A stretch of 64,000 bases of DNA from an uncultured delta proteobacterium (GTDB taxonomy: Bacteria; Desulfobacterota; Binatia; UBA9968). Of this stretch, positions 40,687-51,375 are shown piece after piece (positions within the stretch are counted from its first letter, which is position 1; each line of letters starts with the position of its first letter). The stretch lies in contig CAWFJP010000031.1 of assembly GCA_963816145.1 (NCBI GenBank), forward strand, positions 320,001 through 384,000. Reading direction: 5' to 3'. The notes under the pieces were generated by a model. It did not search any database. It was not told where the DNA came from and saw nothing but the letters and a program-made list of their open reading frames with translations. Both the position numbers and the translations under genes were made by a program.

Positions 40687-42000
40687 ATGGACGAGGACGA
40701 TAACCGGCCGGCGCTGCACCCGCCGTTTGCATTGCCGTTTTACTACGGCTGGTTCATTATTGGTCTCAGCTTTCTCGCCTATCTTGCCGCTTCGGCGGTG
40801 CGTTCGGCGCCGTCGGTGTTGATTCATCCTTTGGAGCGGGAGTTTGGTTGGGGCCGGACGGCAATTTCTTCGGCGGCGAGTTTAAATCTCTTGACCTATG
40901 GTTTCATGGCGCCGGTGGGCGGTTGGCTGCTCGACCGTTACGGTGCTCGTCGCGTTGTGATCGGCTGCCTCACCACCATTGCTGTGGGCGTGACCGGCAC
41001 GGTGTTCGTGCGCGAGCTGTGGCACTTCATTATTCTTTGGGGAATTGTGCTTGGCATCGCCACCGGCGTGACGCCGGCGCTGTCGGCGAGCGTGGCGAGT
41101 CGCTGGTTCATCGCCCGGCGCGGTTTGGCGCTGGGGATTCTCACCAACGCTAACGCCACCGGACAGGTGATCTTCCTGCCGATTCTGATGGCGTTGATCG
41201 TGTCGCATGGCTGGCGTCCGGCGATGATGTTGATCGTCGCAACCGCGTTGCTATTGCTGCCGGCGGTCTGGTTGTGGCTGCGGGATTATCCCTCTGAACT
41301 CGGGCTCGAACCTTATAGCGATAGCACGACCACGCTGGAGCAGCGCAATCAGGCACTCGCGGCGCCGCGCGCGTTTTCGTTCGCCTCAATCGGCGATGCG
41401 ATCAAGACGCCGACATTTTGGCTGCTCAGCGGCAGTTTCTTCGTCTGCGGCATGACGTCCAACGGTCTGGTCGGCACGCACATGATTCCCCATGCCATCG
41501 ACCGTGGCATCGCGGCGGTAACGGCAGCGACTGCGGTCGGCATTATGGGCGTGGCGAGTTTTATCGGCACGATGTTCGCCGGTTGGTTATGCGACCGCAT
41601 CGACGCGCGCAAGGTCTTGTCGGCGGCCTATCTGTTCCGCGGTTTGTCGTTGCTCGTTTTGCCCTACGTGACCGACGCTTCGAGCCTGTTCGTCTTCGCG
41701 GTGCTGTATGGCTTCGATTGGTTCGCCACCGGGCCGTCGACGGTAGCGCTCATCGCCAAACATTTTGGCCAGGACCGGGTCGGGGTTTTGTTCGGTTTGG
41801 TCTTCGTGTCGCATCAAATCGGCAGCGCCATTGCCGCCCTCGGCGCCGGTTGGATCTACAGTCGCTTCGGCGAGTACTACTACGCCTTTCTAACTGGTGC
41901 GGTGATGGGGTTGCTGGCGGCCGGGATGGCCATGATGATCCGCCGGGATCGCGATCGGGCGCCGGTGCTTCCCGTGATTGCCGAAGCCGCGGGCGCGTGA
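40687..42000 (+). CDS. MFS transporter
   Basis: About 12 TMs; GWLLDRYGARR motif A. Confidence 0.92.
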   Translation: MDEDDNRPALHPPFALPFYYGWFIIGLSFLAYLAASAVRSAPSVLIHPLEREFGWGRTAISSAASLNLLTYGFMAPVGGWLLDRYGARRVVIGCLTTIAVGVTGTVFVRELWHFIILWGIVLGIATGVTPALSASVASRWFIARRGLALGILTNANATGQVIFLPILMALIVSHGWRPAMMLIVATALLLLPAVWLWLRDYPSELGLEPYSDSTTTLEQRNQALAAPRAFSFASIGDAIKTPTFWLLSGSFFVCGMTSNGLVGTHMIPHAIDRGIAAVTAATAVGIMGVASFIGTMFAGWLCDRIDARKVLSAAYLFRGLSLLVLPYVTDASSLFVFAVLYGFDWFATGPSTVALIAKHFGQDRVGVLFGLVFVSHQIGSAIAALGAGWIYSRFGEYYYAFLTGAVMGLLAAGMAMMIRRDRDRAPVLPVIAEAAGA

Positions 42001-42141
42001 ACGGGGGCTCGCTTGGCGAGCCCATTTCAAAATCCAAATTCCAGATTCAAAATTGGTTATTTCGGATATCGCAGAGTTTCCCGCTTAATGTCCCTGTCGG
42101 GACTGGTTGATCTCTCTCGCCTTCAGGCGAAGAGAAAATTT

Positions 42142-42227
42142 GTCATGCCGGCGCAGGCCGGCATCCATCACTTGCTCGTGCTGCAAAGCCAAGAGAGAAC
42201 CTAGATTCCGGTGTGCGCCGGAATGAC
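42142..42227. repeat. Palindromic REP/RPE-like element
   Basis: GTCATGCCGGCGCAGGCCGGCATCCA...GATTCCGGTGTGCGCCGGAATGAC. Confidence 0.8.
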
Positions 42228-42294
42228 CAAAGGAAGAGTCGACTTCCAATCGACAAATTCAGACCTTCTGGGCTTAAAGCCGAGGGTCATTCAG

Positions 42295-43343
42295 TCACTC
42301 GCGGTAGCGCGCCTGCATTTGGGTGAAAAATCCACTGTCGTCCAGTTTGCGGATGAACGAGCTGTCCATCAGGTTCGCGGTGTTGATGTCGGTGAGTTTG
42401 GGGTTTTGCATCGCCATCAGCCGCTGCATGTTTTTCAGTCCTTCCAGGGAGGGGTACGGCTTAGCGTCAAATTCCTTGACGATGTCCGCATAGCCTTCTT
42501 CGGCCAGGTTTGGGTCGGAGAGCTTCAAGCGATTGATAATCGTCTTTACCGTCTGGGTTCTGCCGCGCGGCGACAGGATAAAATACTCCGCTTCGATGAG
42601 CGCCTTGATGACGTTTTCCATGGTTGTTTGATTTCTTTCGATGAAGCTTTTGCGCGCGACGATGCCGGTGGACGACATCGCGGGAAACACTTCGGCCAGG
42701 ACATTGAAGCCCTTCTGCTTGAGCGCCAAGGCGTAGGCCCTGGTCGTCATCACGGCGGCGTCGACAATGCCGGTTTCAAGGGCTCGCACCATGACAGTCT
42801 GGTCGCCGACGACCAGGAGCTGAATCTTATCGCGGGCGAGATCAAGACCGAGCTGTTCCAACGTCAACATGGCGTACATCCAAATCGTCCCGCCGATGCT
42901 TTGCACGCCGAAACGCTTGCCGGCGAGATCGGCGGTCTTGCGGATCTCCGGCTTGACCGTGAGAAAGCCGCGGCCGCGGCTGATGAAGCCGCCGACCATT
43001 TTCAATTCCGCGCCCGCGGCGGCCGCGCCGAGCACGGTCGTGCCGCCGGTGTAGCCGACCTCGAGGTCGCCGGAGATCAGCCCGGCGCTGAGCATTTGAT
43101 TGTTGCGCACGAGGACGACCTGGGCGCTGCAGGCCATACTTGCCGAACAAGTCCAAGTCTTGGGCGACCCATAGCGGTGCGACGCGCGGGCTGGGACTTG
43201 GGTAGGCGATGGTGACTCGGGTGGGAACGCTGGCGCCATGGCTCTCGCCGAGCATTACGATGGTAAACGCGACGATGACTGAAAGCGTGATGCTGCGCCG
43301 CCACGAGCAAATGGCCTTAGGAAAAAAACCCGAGTTGATCCAC
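42295..43343 (-). CDS. ABC substrate-binding protein, NMT1/SsuA-like (frameshifts near 43325 and 43135)
   Basis: PLWVAQD.DLF.KYGL / AQVVLVR, DLAGKRFGV, DSSFIRKLDDSGF; AAGGAG RBS before the GTG. Confidence 0.8.
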
Positions 43344-43510
43344 GCCCCGTGTCTCCTTGCGTCATTCTGGAAATCCTCGACTACTTATCAAGCTCGGCGT
43401 TGGATGCAAAGCACAATCGCGCCGGTTGACGCGCTGTACGGCAATTTCTGATTAATCGTGAGGTGCTGGAATCAAACAAATAAGGAATTGGGAGATCAGT
43501 AATAGCAATA

Positions 43511-43545
43511 AATAAAAGCGGCTGGAGCGTTGCGCCCCAGCCGCT
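43511..43545 (-). terminator. Rho-independent terminator after the fasciclin gene
   Basis: AGCGGCTGG/CCAGCCGCT stem followed by TTTTATTT on the minus strand. Confidence 0.7.
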
Positions 43546-43562
43546 AAAGGGTTGCTAGCCAG

Positions 43563-44058
43563 TTAAGGGATTACAACCGTGTCGATGACATGGATCACGC
43601 CGTTGCTCGCCATAATATCCGTGGTCACCACTTGCGCGTTGTCGACCATGACCTTGCCGTCGGCGACATTAATCTGTAAGGCGCGACCGTTTGCGGTCTT
43701 CGCGCTTTTAAGAGTTACGACTTCGCTGGCGGTCACTTGCCCGGGCACTACGTGGTAGGTAAGAATCGCTTGCAGTTTGCCAAGATTCTCCGGCTTGAGG
43801 AGACTTTCCACCGTGCCGGCCGGCAACTTTGCAAACGCTTCGTCGGTCGGCGCGAACACCGTCAACGGTCCTTTGCCCTTGAGTGTATCGACCAATCCCG
43901 CCGCCTGGACTGCGGCCACCAAGGTCTTGAATGATCCGGCCGACACCGCGGTATCGACTATGTCTTTTTCCGGCGCCATTTCAGCTTTCGCCGCTCCGGC
44001 CGAGACCCAAACCCACACTGATCACCATCGCCCCTAACGCTGCTTTGAAGATTCTCAT
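43563..44058 (-). CDS. Secreted fasciclin (FAS1) domain protein (1-nt frameshift near 44001)
   Basis: [37 protein letters not shown]; AGGAGG RBS. Confidence 0.9.
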
Positions 44059-44112
44059 TTCACTTTCCTCCTTTTTAATTTTTTTTGTGAACCTTCCTGA
44101 TCCGAGTGTAGA

Positions 44113-44127
44113 GCAAGCGCGGTGCCA
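44113..44127 (-). promoter_or_regulatory. sigma54 promoter of the fasciclin gene
   Basis: TGGCAC-CGCGC-TTGC consensus on the minus strand. Confidence 0.85.
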
Positions 44128-44199
44128 GATCTCATTGGGGGTGATTTCTATTGGATTTAACAGGACAAAATCGCTGCGCAGAAAATAGTCGCAGTTGGA

Positions 44200-44261
44200 T
44201 GAGACAACCCATGAGACAGCCAACTGTCTCAAAGCTGTCTCACGCTGTAGCAGCTGAGACA
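44200..44261. promoter_or_regulatory. Enhancer with five TGAGACA/TGTCTCA half-sites
   Basis: Copies at 44200, 44212, 44225, 44236 and 44255. Confidence 0.75.
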
Positions 44262-44266
44262 GTGAG

Positions 44267-46054
44267 TTACTTTTCGCGTGAGGGAATATTGAGATCGGCG
44301 AGGCGGCGATAGAATGTCGCCCGGCTGATGCCCAACAGCCGTGCCGCCTTGGCGCGATTGCCGCCGGCGCGATCGAGCGCTTGCTGCAATCTGGTCTTCT
44401 CATCCGTCGCTGAGCCTGCGGCGACTGGTTCGACGAGGTCGTCCAGGCTGGGGTGGACTTCCGGCGGCAGGTCGTCTTCCTGAACGACGCTGCCCTTGCA
44501 ACCGATGACCGCGTATTCGACAGCGCTTTTCAGTTCCCGGACGTTACCCGGCCAATCGTATTCGGAGAGCAGTCGAAGCGCTTCCAAACTCAGTTCCTTG
44601 ACCGGTTTATCGCTCGCCGTCGCGAATTGAGCGAGAAACGACGCGGCCAATAACTGAGTGTCTTCACGCCGTTGGCGCAGCGGCGGCAGCAGGATGCGCG
44701 CGACCCGGACACGGTAAAGCAAGTCGGAGCGAAAGTTGCCTTTAGCCACTTCGTCGCTTAGCGTTCGGTGCGTTGCGGCGAGCACGCGCACGTCGATCTT
44801 GCGCGGCTTGGACTCGCCGAGACGCAGGATCTCGCGTTCCTGGAGCACGCGGAGCAGTTGGTTCTGCACGGTCATCGGGATATCGCCGATCTCGTCCAAG
44901 AACAAAGTGCCGCCATTCGCCGCTTCGAATAATCCCTGGTGATCCTCGACGGCGCCGGTGAAGGCGCCGCGCTTGTGGCCGAAGAGTTGACTGCCGAGTA
45001 GAGAGTCGGTGAGGCCGGCGCAATTGACGGCGATGAAAGGTTTGTCTTTGCGGTGACTCGACGCGTGGATGGCGCGCGCGACCAACTCCTTGCCGGTGCC
45101 GGTCTCGCCTTCGATGAGCACGGTGGCGTCGACCCGGGCGACATCGCGGATTCGCTGATAGACCAACTGCATACCGCTGCTCTTGCCGAGCAGGTCGTGA
45201 AAGCCGGCGCGCTCGTTGAGCAGCAGGCGCAGGTCATGAACTTCGCTGACGTCATAGAGCAAGAATATCTTGCCGCGGGCGTCGCGCGGATCGTCTTTAA
45301 TCTCGACCTCAAGCCAGGTCCGTCGCCCATCCTCGAGATCGAGATGCACCGGCACTTTGTTGCGTTCCGGTTGCGGTTTTCGTTGCAGTTCCAGCAGCGT
45401 ATTGAGATCTTCATGATCCAGCGGAAATACCTCGTGCCAAACCTGGCCGTAGGCGCTGGCGCCGCGGCTGCCGAGCAATTGACGCGCTATGCGGTTCAAA
45501 AATACCAGCCGGCCCTGTTCGTCGGTCATCGCTGTTCCAAGGCGCAGCTCATTCAGGATTGAGCTCAGATCATTGCGGCTTTTTTCTACCTCCGACAACA
45601 GCTCGGCGAGCTTGGCTTCGGCCAGCTTGCGCGCCGTGACGTCCCGTTGGATCGACAGATACTGGACGGTCTGGCCGCGCTCGTCGCGCACCGGCGAAAT
45701 ATCCCAGGCGACAACGTACTCGCTGCCGTCCTTGCGATAGTTGATGGTTTCGGCCGAGTAGCTCCCGCCGTTGCTGAGAGTCTCGCGCAGCCGTTTGAGC
45801 ATGTCGCGATCGGTTTTGGGCCCCTGGAGGATGCGCGGCGTCTTGCCGAGAATGTCGCTTCGGCTATAGCCGGTCATTTCGGTGAACGCCGGATTGATGA
45901 AAATCACCTCCGGCCCCGGAACATCGAGGTTGGCGGTGGTGATCAGGATCGCTTCCCGGGCTTGTTGCACCGCGGCATCGAGCAGACGGAGCATCTGCTC
46001 TTCATTCAAGTGACTTAGAGAATGCGCCGCGGTGTCACTTTTCTGCTCGCTCAT
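44267..46054 (-). CDS. sigma54-dependent activator (PAS-PAS-AAA+-Fis HTH)
   Basis: GETGTGKE, GAFTGA, LFLDEIG, WPGNVREL, HTH; N-terminal LOV-like PAS. Confidence 0.93.
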   Translation of the reverse strand: MSEQKSDTAAHSLSHLNEEQMLRLLDAAVQQAREAILITTANLDVPGPEVIFINPAFTEMTGYSRSDILGKTPRILQGPKTDRDMLKRLRETLSNGGSYSAETINYRKDGSEYVVAWDISPVRDERGQTVQYLSIQRDVTARKLAEAKLAELLSEVEKSRNDLSSILNELRLGTAMTDEQGRLVFLNRIARQLLGSRGASAYGQVWHEVFPLDHEDLNTLLELQRKPQPERNKVPVHLDLEDGRRTWLEVEIKDDPRDARGKIFLLYDVSEVHDLRLLLNERAGFHDLLGKSSGMQLVYQRIRDVARVDATVLIEGETGTGKELVARAIHASSHRKDKPFIAVNCAGLTDSLLGSQLFGHKRGAFTGAVEDHQGLFEAANGGTLFLDEIGDIPMTVQNQLLRVLQEREILRLGESKPRKIDVRVLAATHRTLSDEVAKGNFRSDLLYRVRVARILLPPLRQRREDTQLLAASFLAQFATASDKPVKELSLEALRLLSEYDWPGNVRELKSAVEYAVIGCKGSVVQEDDLPPEVHPSLDDLVEPVAAGSATDEKTRLQQALDRAGGNRAKAARLLGISRATFYRRLADLNIPSREK

Positions 46055-46279
46055 GACGGCAAGATCAACCGAAAATTTCGTCCGAACCGAGCATACGAAC
46101 GAATGTTGTTCGTTGCGCCCGCCATATGCTGGGAGTCGCAGCGTCAATCGCTCGGCGCGGCTAATAAAAAAGGCTAAGACCCAATCCAAGTCATACCGAC
46201 GGACAGCGACTTTGAAGTATTCCTCGAAACCCGCCTGACGCCGTTAGTCGCAATACTCGCAGAAGAGCAGTGTATCGGC

Positions 46280-46780
46280 TTACACAGCTTTGTACGGGTA
46301 GCGTTTCAACTTGGTTGTATTTTTGCCCTCGATGCGCAGCAAGCCCGTTGTCGCAACGCGCTTGGGCGAGTGGACATCGCCTTCGTTATAGATATGCGCC
46401 ATGCCCGGCCTGAGCGTGTAAACGCGGCCGCGTTTGACCTTTCCCGGCTTGCCTTCGGCGGCGGCTTCGAGGACCTCCCAGTCGCTCATTTCGGTCTCGC
46501 CAAAGGCTTGGCCATAGATCGCCCAGGAGTTGCCGTGATCATGGGGATTGGCTTCGCGCGCCTCGCGATTCACATGGGCGCAGACGCAGAAGCCCAGCTC
46601 GGCATCTTCGTAGATCACCTGGCGATCGGCGGTGTTGTCGTTGATGTAGGTCGAGATGAACTTTTCGTCTTTGAGCGCCTCCTGTACCAAATCGCGGACT
46701 TTCTCCCGGCCGGCTCGGCTCGGGTCGGCTTTGAGAATGCGCTGCACGTCCGCTGCGAAAGATTCAAGCGTGAAACTCAT
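46280..46780 (-). CDS. Cupin/cysteine dioxygenase-like protein
   Basis: PHDHG.SWAIYGQ..G, GDVHSP; GAGG RBS. Confidence 0.8.
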   Translation of the reverse strand: MSFTLESFAADVQRILKADPSRAGREKVRDLVQEALKDEKFISTYINDNTADRQVIYEDAELGFCVCAHVNREAREANPHDHGNSWAIYGQAFGETEMSDWEVLEAAAEGKPGKVKRGRVYTLRPGMAHIYNEGDVHSPKRVATTGLLRIEGKNTTKLKRYPYKAV

Positions 46781-47258
46781 GGTTCATCCTCCTATTTAAT
46801 CTGACTCTGATGATTAAACCCTTAACAAAGTCGTGTGGCTACCGTCAATGGTGATCCGATTGACTGATCTACGGCGGAGCCATATAAGCGCAGTCATGCG
46901 GCGATATTTCATCAAGGCGCGCGGGCCGGCCTTAGTCTTTGTGTTAGCGTCGACTGCTCTGTTGGTCGCTGGCTCTTCGGCGGCGCCGACGAGCGATCCT
47001 TATGACACCCAGCCGATTCCAGACGGCTCCAGGTTTCAGGGCAAATGCATCTTTCTCGGCGAGACGGTTGCAGCTTGACGTCATTTTTCTCCGGTGACGC
47101 CGGCTATGAGCGGCGCTGGGCGTGCATCGCGTTTGTCGAACCGAACGGCACCACGGCCGAATAGTGCGGTTCCGTTCCCGGCAGCAGTCGTGTCCCGTGA
47201 AGCATTGCGTCATGTGGTGAATCTTAGAATTCGGCCGTTTAGTTCTAAGCTAATTACT

Positions 47259-48215
47259 ATGGAATACAAAATTCTCGGCCGCACCGGTTTAAAAGTTAGC
47301 GTGGCAGGATTGGGCTGCGGCGGGCCGAGCCGGCTGGGGTTGTCGGGATTGAAGGACCAGACGCGCAGTGAGAGCGAGGTGGTCGCGCACGTGCGCGGTG
47401 CCATCGATCTCGGCATTAACTTTTTCGACACGGCGGAGTGGTATGGCACGGAAGTGGTGGTCGGCAAGGCGATCGCTGGAGTGCTGCGCGATCGCCTGGT
47501 GATCTCCACCAAGAAAAATATCGTGCCGGACGACCATCCTGATCCCGAAAATGAAATTCGCCGTTCCTTCGAACAGAGTCTCAAGAATCTCGGCACCGAC
47601 TATGTCGATCTTTACCATGTCCATGGCGCCGAGCCGAAGGATTATCGCAACGCCGTCGAACGCCATCTGCCGACGCTGCTGCGGCTGCGTGACGAGGGAA
47701 AGATCCGCGCCGTCGGGATTACCGAACGCTTCGTGGTCGACTCACCGCATCAAATGGCCGAGCGTGCGGCACGCGACAATGTCTGGGATGTCGTCATGGT
47801 GGGTTTCAATCTACTCAATCCCTGCGCGCGCAAAAATATATTTCCGCTGACTACGGCCAACGGCGTCGGCGTGCTGGTCAGCTACGCTCTGCGCCGCGCG
47901 CTGAGCCAACCGGAGCGGTTGAAAAAACTCTGCGCTGAGCTTGTCAGCAAGGGTGCGATTCTTCCTGCTGCTATAAATTTGGATGAGCCGTTGGATTTCG
48001 TTACGAAGGACGGTGCCGCGGTTTCGATTCAAGACGCAGCCTACCGATTTTGCCGCCATGAACCGGGCGTCGATGTCGTGCTGACCGGCACGGGGAATCC
48101 AGAACATCTCAAGGCCAACGTCGAATCGCTGTGCCGGCCGCCGCTGCCGGCGCCGGTGCAACAGCGATTAAAAGACCTATTCGGCAACATCGACGGCTTG
48201 ACCGGCAATCAATAA
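47259..48215 (+). CDS. Aldo/keto reductase
   Basis: LGRTGLKVS..GLG, GINFFDTAE.YG, SLKNLGTDYVDL. Confidence 0.9.
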   Translation: MEYKILGRTGLKVSVAGLGCGGPSRLGLSGLKDQTRSESEVVAHVRGAIDLGINFFDTAEWYGTEVVVGKAIAGVLRDRLVISTKKNIVPDDHPDPENEIRRSFEQSLKNLGTDYVDLYHVHGAEPKDYRNAVERHLPTLLRLRDEGKIRAVGITERFVVDSPHQMAERAARDNVWDVVMVGFNLLNPCARKNIFPLTTANGVGVLVSYALRRALSQPERLKKLCAELVSKGAILPAAINLDEPLDFVTKDGAAVSIQDAAYRFCRHEPGVDVVLTGTGNPEHLKANVESLCRPPLPAPVQQRLKDLFGNIDGLTGNQ

Positions 48216-48241
48216 TTCAAGTCAACCAAGGGAGGATGACT

Positions 48242-49270
48242 ATGCTCGATCTCATGCTTCGTCAAATCACGATGGTGATATTGGCTGCGATGCTCATGTG
48301 GCCGATGCCACTGGTGGCGCAGGAGTCCTTTTTCAAAGGCAAGACCGTGCGCATCGTCGTTGGTTTTGCCGCCGGCGGCGGCTTCGATACCTACTCGCGG
48401 GCGATGGCGCGCTACTGGGGCCGGCATATTCCCGGCAATCCGTCGATCATCGTCGAAAACATGGCCGGCGCCGGCAGCTTGATCGCGGCCAATCATGTTT
48501 ACAAAGCGGCGCGGCCGGACGGCTTGACTATCGGTAATTTTGGCGGCGGTTTGTTCATGCAGCAACTCAAGGGCGGCGCCGGCATCGAGTTCGATGCGCG
48601 TAAGTTCGAGTTCTTGGGTGTGCCGGTGCAGGATAATCGCTCCTGCGCGTTCACCAAAGCCAGCGGCATCACCAGCATGGAGCGTTGGATGGCGGTGAAA
48701 ACTCCGGTGAAAGTCGGCGCCACTGCACCGGGCGATTTGGTCCATGACGGACCGAAGATTTTGCAGGCCGCTCTTGGTCTGCCGATTCACCTGGTATCGG
48801 GTTACAAGGGCACGGCGGATATTCGACTGGCCGCGGAGGCAGGCGAGTTGGCCGGCGGTTGCTGGGGTTGGGACTCGATCAAAGCCACCTGGTCGCGGGC
48901 GCTCGAGAGCGGCGATGCGGTCGTGGTGGTGCAGATGGTCTCCAAACCGCATTTCGACCTGGCAAAAGTGCCGCTGGCGATCAGTTACGCTAAATCAGAT
49001 GACGCGCGCCAGCTCATCGAAGCCGGCGTGACAATTCCGGCGATAACCAACCGGCCCTACGTCGTCACACCCGGCACGCCGAAGGATCGCGTGCAGATGC
49101 TGCGCAAAGCCTTCGATGCGACCATGAAGGATCCTGAGTTTGTTGCCGACGCCAAGAAATCGCGTATCGATCTGGAACCGATCGGCGGCGAGGAAGTGCA
49201 GAAAATGGTTGGAGACATGTTCAACTTATCGCCAGCGCTGATCGCCAAGTTGCGCGACGCGCTGAAGTGA
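48242..49270 (+). CDS. Tripartite tricarboxylate transporter substrate-binding protein (TctC/Bug)
   Basis: IVVGFAAGGGFD..R, IPGNP..IVENMAGAG, PDGLT, GYKG. Confidence 0.9.
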   Translation: MLDLMLRQITMVILAAMLMWPMPLVAQESFFKGKTVRIVVGFAAGGGFDTYSRAMARYWGRHIPGNPSIIVENMAGAGSLIAANHVYKAARPDGLTIGNFGGGLFMQQLKGGAGIEFDARKFEFLGVPVQDNRSCAFTKASGITSMERWMAVKTPVKVGATAPGDLVHDGPKILQAALGLPIHLVSGYKGTADIRLAAEAGELAGGCWGWDSIKATWSRALESGDAVVVVQMVSKPHFDLAKVPLAISYAKSDDARQLIEAGVTIPAITNRPYVVTPGTPKDRVQMLRKAFDATMKDPEFVADAKKSRIDLEPIGGEEVQKMVGDMFNLSPALIAKLRDALK

Positions 49271-49388
49271 GCCCGGCGCAGAATATTACAAATTCACAAT
49301 TCCAGATTTCAAATTTGCTGACCGCGATGGAACGGCGCTATGAGTTGTAGTAGGTTTCGGGCGAGCGAGCGAATTTTCGGGGGGTAAG

Positions 49389-50420
49389 ATGATCGGCAAG
49401 ACTCGATGGTTGGTACTCAATATCACGGCAGCGTTGACGCTGACTATTTCGCTCACCGCGCAGGCGCAAGATATTTTTAAAGACAAGACGCTGACCTTCA
49501 TCGTCGGTTATTCACCGGGCGGCACTTACGACCAGTACACGCGGCTGATGGCGCGCCATATCGGCAAGTATTTGCCGGGCAATCCGACCCGGGTCGTCGA
49601 GAATATGCCGGGCGCGGGCGGCATCATCGCGGCGAATCATCTCTACAACAGGACCAAGCCCGATGGTCTTACCATCGCCGCTTGGGCATCGCCGCTGATT
49701 TTGCAGCATGTGATGGGTAATGAAGCGATCAAGATCGACGGGCGCAAAGTTGGCTGGCTGGGCATCCCCGGGCCTTACGATACTGCCTGTCATTTCGGCA
49801 GTGCGAGCGGCATTCGCACTATGGACGACTGGATCAACGCCAAACGGCCGATGAAAATTGCGTCCATCGGTCCCGGCACAAGTTTGTCCGATGTGCCGAA
49901 ACTTTTGAAGGCCGCATTGAATCTGCCGCTGGAGATGGTCGAAGGTTACAAAGGCGGCGCCGAGGCGCGCATCGCCGTCGAGAGCGGCGAGGTGGACGGT
50001 CTCTGCGCTTCATGGCAAGCGACCAAAGTGACTTGGCGAAGCCAGATGGATACGGGCAAGATTCATGTTGTCTTGCAGGCGACGCTCAAGTCTCATCCCG
50101 ACCTGAACAAAGTCCCGCTGGCAATCAACTACGCCAAGACCGAAGAGGCGAAAATTCTCCTGCGGGTCGCCGACAATGTGCATGTCTATCAGTTTCCCTT
50201 CTCGGTCGCGCCGGGCACGCCGGCCGATCGGTTAGCAGCCCTACAACAGGCGTTCGTCAAAACCTTCCGCGACCGAGAATTGGTTGCCGAAGCGAACAAG
50301 GCGCAGTTGGAAGTGGCGCCGATCGACGGACCGACCACGGCGAAGACGTTTGCCGGCTTGTATGAATTGAACCCTGCGCTGATCGCGAAGTTGAAAGACA
50401 TTCTGATTCCCAAGAAATAA
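49389..50420 (+). CDS. TctC/Bug family substrate-binding protein
   Basis: VGYSPGGTYD, PGNP..VENMPGAG, PDGLT, GYKG. Confidence 0.9.
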   Translation: MIGKTRWLVLNITAALTLTISLTAQAQDIFKDKTLTFIVGYSPGGTYDQYTRLMARHIGKYLPGNPTRVVENMPGAGGIIAANHLYNRTKPDGLTIAAWASPLILQHVMGNEAIKIDGRKVGWLGIPGPYDTACHFGSASGIRTMDDWINAKRPMKIASIGPGTSLSDVPKLLKAALNLPLEMVEGYKGGAEARIAVESGEVDGLCASWQATKVTWRSQMDTGKIHVVLQATLKSHPDLNKVPLAINYAKTEEAKILLRVADNVHVYQFPFSVAPGTPADRLAALQQAFVKTFRDRELVAEANKAQLEVAPIDGPTTAKTFAGLYELNPALIAKLKDILIPKK

Positions 50421-50429
50421 ATTTATCGT

Positions 50430-51299
50430 ATGAAAAAAGTTGTCGTTACCGGTGGCAGTGGCAAGTTGGGTCAGTTTGTCATTCGCGATTTACTCGAGCG
50501 GGATTATTGCGTGCTCAACCTCGATCGCGTGGTGCCGCGGGAAAAGCTTAGCATGACCTGGCAGGTCGATTTGCGCCATGCCGGCGATTTGTTCGAGGCA
50601 ATGCGCGGCGCCCACGGGATTATTCATCTTGGCGCTTACCAGGCGCCGAATTTGGCGCCGGACGCGGAGACCTTGAGCAATAATGTCTCGGCAACTTACA
50701 ACGTGCTGCGTGCTGCGGCGGACATGGGCGTGAAACGCGTGGTTTTGGCGTCGAGCACGGCGGCGTTCGGGTTCATCTACGCGACCAAGCTTTGGGCGCC
50801 GAAATACTTGCCGATGGATGAAGCGCATCCATCGACGCCGCAGGATTCCTACGGTTTGTCGAAGGTGCTGGGCGAGCAGATCGCCGACTCGATCGTTTCG
50901 GCACATCGGGACTTGAAGGTGAGCAGCCTGCGTTTCCCCGGGGTGAATTTCGATCTGTCCTACGAGAGTTTTCGCGACCGCTGGCGCAATCCGGTGACGC
51001 GGGCCAGCGGCTTTTGGACTTACATCGACGCCCGCGACGCGGCGATGACCTGCCGCCTGGCACTGGAAGCGAAGTTCACCGGCCACGAAGTGTTCATCGC
51101 CTCGGCGGCGAAGAATTGCATGATCCAGCCGACCCGTGAGCTGGTCAAAAAATATCTGCCCAAGGGAACGCGATTCAAAAAAATTGCCGGCACCCATTGG
51201 AGCTGCGTCGATTCAGCCAAAGCGCGGCGCATGCTTGGCTTCAAGCCGCGGCATCTTTGGCAGGATTATTTGCCTGAGGGGCGCGAACAGAAATATTGA
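50430..51299 (+). CDS. NAD-dependent epimerase/dehydratase
   Basis: TGGSGKLG, YGLSK. Confidence 0.9.
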   Translation: MKKVVVTGGSGKLGQFVIRDLLERDYCVLNLDRVVPREKLSMTWQVDLRHAGDLFEAMRGAHGIIHLGAYQAPNLAPDAETLSNNVSATYNVLRAAADMGVKRVVLASSTAAFGFIYATKLWAPKYLPMDEAHPSTPQDSYGLSKVLGEQIADSIVSAHRDLKVSSLRFPGVNFDLSYESFRDRWRNPVTRASGFWTYIDARDAAMTCRLALEAKFTGHEVFIASAAKNCMIQPTRELVKKYLPKGTRFKKIAGTHWSCVDSAKARRMLGFKPRHLWQDYLPEGREQKY

Positions 51300-51341
51300 A
51301 ATATTGTCCGTCGCCTGGTCGTGATTTCATGCCGCTTCATC

Positions 51342-51375
51342 GCCCCACTTTCCGTACGGAGGTGGGGCTTTTTAT
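51342..51375 (+). terminator. Rho-independent terminator
   Basis: GCCCCACTTTCCG-TA-CGGAGGTGGGGC-TTTTT. Confidence 0.75.

Noticed and set aside
6822-44058. Frameshifts in DUF3185, amidohydrolase, tex (x2), SBP (x2) and fasciclin read as programmed recoding or pseudogenisation
   Set aside because: All are isolated single-base indels in otherwise intact genes, one in a T7 run, with no shared slippery motif. Sequencing or assembly error is the simplest explanation; read mapping would decide.
46833-47078. Possible small exported protein
   Set aside because: Signal-like stretch but no RBS or recognisable domain; insufficient support
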